Shown here: piece after piece, positions 59,501 through 64,000 of the stretch
Layout of the letters: each line of letters opens with the position of its first letter
Position numbering within the stretch: the first letter of the stretch is position 1
DNA from: an uncultured Eggerthellaceae bacterium
GTDB taxonomy: Bacteria; Actinomycetota; Coriobacteriia; Coriobacteriales; Eggerthellaceae
DNA length: 64,000 bases
NCBI GenBank assembly: GCA_964553375.1
Contig: CAZKKN010000002.1
Location: 3,280 to 67,279 of the forward strand
Direction of reading: 5' to 3'
Translations under genes and position numbers: made by a program
Notes under the pieces: model-generated
Databases searched by the model: none
Seen by the model: the letters and a program-made list of their open reading frames with translations, nothing else
What the model was told of the DNA's origin: nothing

Positions 59501-59530
59501 AACGTTAGATTCGTTAGGAAAGAAGGTAGC

Positions 59531-60589
59531 ATGAACGAAGAAAAGAGCAAATCCCTCAAGCTCACCACGGATCAGATCGAATCGAAATTCGGCAAGGGCG
59601 CCATCATGAAGTTCGGGGAAGGGGAGCGTGACCTCACCGTTGAGGCCATTCCCACCGGAGCACTCGCCCTGGATGGGGCCTTGGGTATCGGCGGCGTTCC
59701 CCGGGGGCGCATCGTGGAGATCTACGGCCCTGAATCGAGCGGCAAGACAACCCTGGCTCTGCAGATCCTCGCTGAGGCTCAAGCCCTGGGCGGCATCGTC
59801 GCGTTCATCGATGCCGAGCATGCCCTGGACCCGGTTTATGCAGCCCGCCTGGGCGTGGATATAGACGAGGTGCTCATCTCCCAGCCTGACACGGGCGAGC
59901 AGGCCCTGGAGATCTGCGATATGCTCGTGCGCTCGGGTGCCATCGATTGCATCGTCATCGACTCGGTAGCCGCCCTTGTGCCCCGGGCCGAGATAGAAGG
60001 GGAGATAGGGGACACCACGGTGGGCCTTCAGGCTCGGCTGATGTCCCAGGCGCTGCGCAAGCTCGCCGGCTCCCTCTCGAAATCGAATACCACCTGCATC
60101 TTCATTAATCAATTGCGTGAGAAGATCGGCGTGATGTTCGGTAATCCCGAAACCACTACGGGCGGACGCGCCCTGAAGTTCTTCTCTTCGGTGCGCATCG
60201 ACATCCGCAGGGTGGACTCCATCAAGATCAACGGCGAGATAGTGGGCAATCGCGTCCGAGCCAAAGTAGTTAAGAACAAGGTGGCCCCTCCCTTCAAGCA
60301 GGTGGAATTCGATCTCATGTACGGTCAGGGCATCTCCAAGGAAGGCTGCATCTTGGATATGGCTGTGGAGGCAGGAGTGGCCAAGAAATCCGGGGCTTGG
60401 TACACCTATGGTGAGGAGCGCTTGGGTCAGGGCCATGAAGCCGCTAAGCAGACACTTATCGACAACCCTGATCTGCGCGACGAGATGGAGCGCAAGGTGC
60501 GCGAGGCATACGAGATCCCCATCATCGAGCGCACCCAGGAAGAGGCCGATAGCCTCAATCCTGTCGAGAAACCGGCGAAGAAGAAATAA
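59531..60589 (+). CDS. recA: recombinase RecA
   Basis: Walker [22 protein letters not shown] and the L1/L2 loop regions. No intein. Confidence 0.97.
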   Translation: MNEEKSKSLKLTTDQIESKFGKGAIMKFGEGERDLTVEAIPTGALALDGALGIGGVPRGRIVEIYGPESSGKTTLALQILAEAQALGGIVAFIDAEHALDPVYAARLGVDIDEVLISQPDTGEQALEICDMLVRSGAIDCIVIDSVAALVPRAEIEGEIGDTTVGLQARLMSQALRKLAGSLSKSNTTCIFINQLREKIGVMFGNPETTTGGRALKFFSSVRIDIRRVDSIKINGEIVGNRVRAKVVKNKVAPPFKQVEFDLMYGQGISKEGCILDMAVEAGVAKKSGAWYTYGEERLGQGHEAAKQTLIDNPDLRDEMERKVREAYEIPIIERTQEEADSLNPVEKPAKKK

Positions 60590-60591
60590 TC

Positions 60592-61200
60592 ATGGATCAA
60601 AGCGACCTCCTTGCGCAGCTCAAAGAGGGTATCGCTGCCATAGAGTCGGGAAGGGGACCCTCTTTCACGGAAAAGGGGGCTCCCTCGGTCCATGGCGCAA
60701 TGCCTGACGCAGAGCCTTCGGATGAAAAGGGTGGGTCAGCGAATAAAGGGCCTTTGAGTGCTTTTCAGCGGATTGTCGCCCTGGTCAATGCCAGCGACAA
60801 ATCCGAACATGCCATCCGCCAGCGCTTAGCTCAAAAGGACTATCCGCCTGCCGAGGTGGAGGAGGCCATTGAGCGAGCCAAGGCTTGCGGTTTCATCGAT
60901 GACGAGCGTTTCGCATCGTTGCTCATCCAGAGCCGCATCAATCAGTGCAAAGGAAGCCGCGGCATCGAACGGGAATTGCGTGCGAACGGCATCGACCCTC
61001 AGACAATAGACGGTTGGCCCGATTCCTTCGCTTTGGGATTCGACGAGGAGCTGGAGCGGGCTTTAACGATGCTGCACCGACACCCGCCGCGCTCCAAGAA
61101 TCTTCGAGAAGGAGCCTATCGCAAGGCCATCCAGAAAGGTTTCCCTTCCTCAGTAGCCTCTTCCGCTGCCCGCCTATGGATGGAGTCCACTGCCCAATGA
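60592..61200 (+). CDS. recX: recombination regulator RecX
   Basis: Starts 2 nt after recA. Helical-repeat pattern (AIRQRLAQKDYPPAEVEEAIERAKACGFIDDERFA). Confidence 0.85.
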   Translation: MDQSDLLAQLKEGIAAIESGRGPSFTEKGAPSVHGAMPDAEPSDEKGGSANKGPLSAFQRIVALVNASDKSEHAIRQRLAQKDYPPAEVEEAIERAKACGFIDDERFASLLIQSRINQCKGSRGIERELRANGIDPQTIDGWPDSFALGFDEELERALTMLHRHPPRSKNLREGAYRKAIQKGFPSSVASSAARLWMESTAQ

Positions 61201-61382
61201 TGGCATCGCATCCTAAGCATCCTAAGCAAGCTGACCATTCGGAAAGAAATTTATGTATATAGCCTGGTTCTTGCAGTAATCCTCAGGATTTAACCGTAAT
61301 ATATATTCTGTATGAGAATACGTACCCGCAAGGGTTATTCATATAGATAAATCAATAGAAGCTCGGCGTAACGGATTCTCAT

Positions 61383-61409
61383 GCCTTGGCCTTGGCCAGG
61401 GCTCTTTTT
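61383..61409 (+). terminator. terminator-like hairpin in the rny leader
   Basis: 7-bp stem GCCTTGG / CCAGGGC (one G-U pair), loop CCTTGG, then TCTTTTTG. It lies 183 nt after the recX stop and 30 nt before the rny ATG. Confidence 0.5.
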
Positions 61410-61439
61410 GTACGATAAACGAAGCGAGAAAGGAATACG

Positions 61440-62972
61440 ATGCCAGAATTCGTACTAGCTATCATCGGCGCAGTAATAGGCATCGTCATCGGGTTCATCA
61501 TCGCCCGCTACCTGGTGGCCTCCTCCAACAAGAAGAAAGCCGCAGAAGCACAGACGATGCTCGAAGACGCAAAGCGCGAAGCCGATGCCATAAAACGGGA
61601 AGCGAAAGTAGAGGCGAAAGACGAAGCCTTGCGCTTGAAAGCCCAAATCGAAGACGAGCGCAAGGAGCGCCAAAAGGAAGTGCGCGAGGCCGAGCACCGG
61701 GTGCAGCAGCGTGAAGAATCCCTTGACAGGCGCACCGATGCCTTGGATAAGCGCGAGAACCAGATCTCGTCTCTTCAGTCGGCGCTGGATGTCCGACAAG
61801 GCGAGCTCGACGCAGCGGAAGACGAGATCATGCACCGTCTGGAGAGCGTGGCCGGCATGACGCCGGAGCAGGCCAAAGAGGAGCTGCTCAATGGTCTGAA
61901 GGAGGAAGTGGCTCACCAAAGCGCTGCTATCATCCGCGACTCCGAGGCCCGCACGAAGGCGGAAGCCGACAAGACCGCCCGCTCCATCCTGAGCCTTGCC
62001 ATGCAGCGCATCGCCTCGGATCACACGGTGGAGAACACGGTTTCCACCATCCATATCCCCTCTGACGACCTAAAGGGCCGCATCATCGGCCGCGAGGGCC
62101 GCAATATCCGCTCTTTCGAGCAGATCACCGGTACCAACCTCATCATCGATGACACACCGGAGTGCGTGACCATCTCCTGCTTCGATCCCGTTCGCCGCGA
62201 GATCGGCCGCGTCACCATGGAAAACCTCATCTCCGATGGCCGCATCCATCCGGCCCGCATCGAGGAGATGTTCCAGAAGGCCGAAAGCCTCGTGATGCAG
62301 CGGGTGCAAGAGGCCGGCGAGCAAGCCGCCTTCGATACGGGCATCCATGACATCCACCCGGAACTCATCCAGACTTTGGGCCGTTTGCGCTATCGCACCT
62401 CCTACGGTCAAAACGTGCTCAATCACTCCCTGGAGGTGGCCTACCTTTGCGGGGTGATGGCCAGCGAGCTGGGCCTTGATCCGGTCCCGGCTAAACGCGC
62501 AGGGCTTCTCCACGACATCGGCAAGGCCATCGATCGCGAGGTTGAGGGCAACCATGCCACCATCGGCGCCGATTTGGCCCGCCGTTTCGGCGAGAGCGAT
62601 TTCATCGTCCATGCCATCGAATCCCACCACAACGACATTGAGCCTTCCAGCGTGATCGACGTGCTGGTACAGGCCGCCGATGCCGTTTCCGCCGCCCGTC
62701 CCGGTGCCCGCAAGGAAACCCTGGATGCCTATATCAAGCGCCTTGAGAAGCTCGAGGAGATCGCCATGTCCTACGACGGCGTGGAGCGCACCTATGCCAT
62801 CCAAGCCGGTAGGGAAGTGCGCGTCATGGTGGAACCGGAGAAGGTGAGCGAAGACACCACGGTGGTGCTGGCCCACGACATCGCCCAGCGCATCGAGAAC
62901 GAATTGCAATATCCGGGCCAGGTGAAAGTGGTCGTCATCCGCGAGAGCCGTGCGGTAGACATCGCGAAATAG
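61440..62972 (+). CDS. rny: ribonuclease Y
   Basis: N-terminal TM helix, a coiled-coil, a KH domain ([15 protein letters not shown]) and an HD domain (LLHDIGKA). Confidence 0.93.
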   Translation: MPEFVLAIIGAVIGIVIGFIIARYLVASSNKKKAAEAQTMLEDAKREADAIKREAKVEAKDEALRLKAQIEDERKERQKEVREAEHRVQQREESLDRRTDALDKRENQISSLQSALDVRQGELDAAEDEIMHRLESVAGMTPEQAKEELLNGLKEEVAHQSAAIIRDSEARTKAEADKTARSILSLAMQRIASDHTVENTVSTIHIPSDDLKGRIIGREGRNIRSFEQITGTNLIIDDTPECVTISCFDPVRREIGRVTMENLISDGRIHPARIEEMFQKAESLVMQRVQEAGEQAAFDTGIHDIHPELIQTLGRLRYRTSYGQNVLNHSLEVAYLCGVMASELGLDPVPAKRAGLLHDIGKAIDREVEGNHATIGADLARRFGESDFIVHAIESHHNDIEPSSVIDVLVQAADAVSAARPGARKETLDAYIKRLEKLEEIAMSYDGVERTYAIQAGREVRVMVEPEKVSEDTTVVLAHDIAQRIENELQYPGQVKVVVIRESRAVDIAK

Positions 62973-62973
62973 C

Positions 62974-64000
62974 ATGGAAGATTCCCTGCTCCACGATTTC
63001 GTGGAAGAGGTAAGCGGTCGAAACCATCTTCGAGTCGAACACGACTTCGGAGATGGTTTCGTGCGTCTTCACACTTCGGAGGCCGAACGGCGTCAGGCAG
63101 CCCAAGACATCCGCTGCTCTGAGGATGTTCTCTTCGAGCTCATACGCAACTCCCGCGACGCCCATAGCGCCCACATCTTCATCGCCACGGGGCGCGAAGG
63201 GGATTTGCGCACCCTCACGGTCATAGACGATGGCGAGGGCATCCCTTCGTCCATGCACAGCCACATCTTCGAGCCGCGCGTGACCTCCAAGCTGGACACC
63301 TCGCACAAAGACGCCTGGGGGCTCCATGGCCGCGGCATGGCGCTTTTCTCCATCAAGGAGAACGCCCGCAGCGCCCAGGTGGTCGTATCCCGGGAAAACC
63401 ATGGGAGCGCCATTCAGGTGACCTTGGATGGCCAAAGACTGCCGGAGAAGACCGATCAGTCGAGCTTTCCCTCCTTCGTGCTCCAGGAGCAGGGGAAGGT
63501 GAGCGTCCGCGGGCCGCGCAACCTGCTGCGCACCGCCTGCGAATTCGCTTTGGAGACCCGAAACGAATGCTGCGTGTATATGGGCTCCAATGCCGAGGTT
63601 GCCGCTGCACTCTACGACTATGGCCGCTCCACGCTTTCAGCCTTGGACCGCGTGTTCTGCAAGAACCGCGATGAGCTGCCTTTGACCAAGGTGCTCGCTA
63701 CAGCAACCGACCCAGCCGACCTCGCTGCCCTTGCATCGTCTCTGGGTCTCGCCATCTCTGAGCGCACCGCCCGGCGCATCATCGATGGGCACATCACTTC
63801 CGCCCTTCCACTCCTTGACCGGGTGGTGATCGCCGATGGCTCTGCCCCCAAATCCAAAACGCGCAAAGCCGCGCGCCCCAAGGCGCTCTCGCTTACTAAC
63901 GGTGACAAGCAGGCGCTTTCCCAAGCGGCGCTAGAGGCCTTCGAGCCCCTGGCTGAAGAATACTATTTGGAAAGCGCTGTGGAGCCGAAGGTTTCCGTGG
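62974..64000 (+). CDS. GHKL-type (histidine-kinase-like) ATPase domain protein with a downstream HTH-like segment; 3' end outside the window
   Basis: This ORF is not in the supplied track because it has no stop in the window. My own translation from ATG 62974 gives MEDSLLHDFVEEV... with an N-box ELIRNSRDA, a G1 box VIDDGEGIP and a G2 box GLHGRGMALFS, and later LGLAISERTARRIIDG. I saw no in-frame stop through nt 64000. Confidence 0.6.
   Translation, partial: MEDSLLHDFVEEVSGRNHLRVEHDFGDGFVRLHTSEAERRQAAQDIRCSEDVLFELIRNSRDAHSAHIFIATGREGDLRTLTVIDDGEGIPSSMHSHIFEPRVTSKLDTSHKDAWGLHGRGMALFSIKENARSAQVVVSRENHGSAIQVTLDGQRLPEKTDQSSFPSFVLQEQGKVSVRGPRNLLRTACEFALETRNECCVYMGSNAEVAAALYDYGRSTLSALDRVFCKNRDELPLTKVLATATDPADLAALASSLGLAISERTARRIIDGHITSALPLLDRVVIADGSAPKSKTRKAARPKALSLTNGDKQALSQAALEAFEPLAEEYYLESAVEPKVSV

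Noticed and set aside
61207-61224. Tandem duplication GCATCCTAA x2 right after the recX stop.
   Set aside because: It is only two copies of a 9-mer. That is too short to call a repeat element or a regulatory site without comparative data.

Overview
This window is a high-GC chromosomal segment that is almost entirely core housekeeping genes. I call about 57 CDS, and all but two (dgt, rpsT) are on the + strand. I found no rRNA, tRNA, CRISPR array, transposase, integrase or recognisable defence gene.

The likely source is a Coriobacteriia-type actinobacterium (inference). The actinobacterial nucleoid protein mIHF sits in the classic mihF-gmk-rpoZ block. However, the RNA-decay set is RNase Y + RNase J + PNPase, dihydroorotate dehydrogenase is the PyrK/PyrD B-type, and the gene order is Bacillus-like.

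Gene content, left to right:
- H+-pyrophosphatase (5' end outside the window), dgt, and dnaG-def-fmt-rsmB-glpX.
- An HTH-cupin regulator, an acyl-CoA synthetase and an orphan P-loop NTPase.
- A lower-GC pair: a secreted transglutaminase-like protein with three 44-aa repeats, and a zinc-ribbon membrane protein.
- A complete pyrR-pyrB-pyrC-carA-carB-pyrK-pyrD-pyrF operon behind a PyrR attenuator.
- mihF-gmk-rpoZ-thiI, comEA-comEC-holA and rpsT.
- lepA-dusB-hemW, CIRCE-hrcA-dnaJ and mtaB-phoH-ybeY-dgkA-era.
- A PASTA protein, recO, a TSCPD protein and rpsO-pnp-dapB-dapA.
- rnj, ftsK, a rodZ-like gene, yajQ and rimO.
- A pgsA::cinA fusion, recA-recX, rny and a truncated GHKL ATPase.

I do not see a discrete novel multi-gene system. 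The most unusual items are:
- A kinase-less zinc-ribbon/3xPASTA membrane protein between era and recO.
- A PgsA-CinA(PncC) fusion.
- Ribosomal protein S20 with a 112-aa charged tail.
- A perfect 21-bp inverted repeat bridging the recO stop codon and the TSCPD gene.
- A secreted transglutaminase-like gene whose signal peptide lacks a canonical start codon.
- A roughly 100-aa-shorter HrcA.
- A terminator-like hairpin 30 nt upstream of rny.
- A regulator/ligase/P-loop trio of unknown substrate.

All protein calls rest on motif recognition by eye. No database searches were run.
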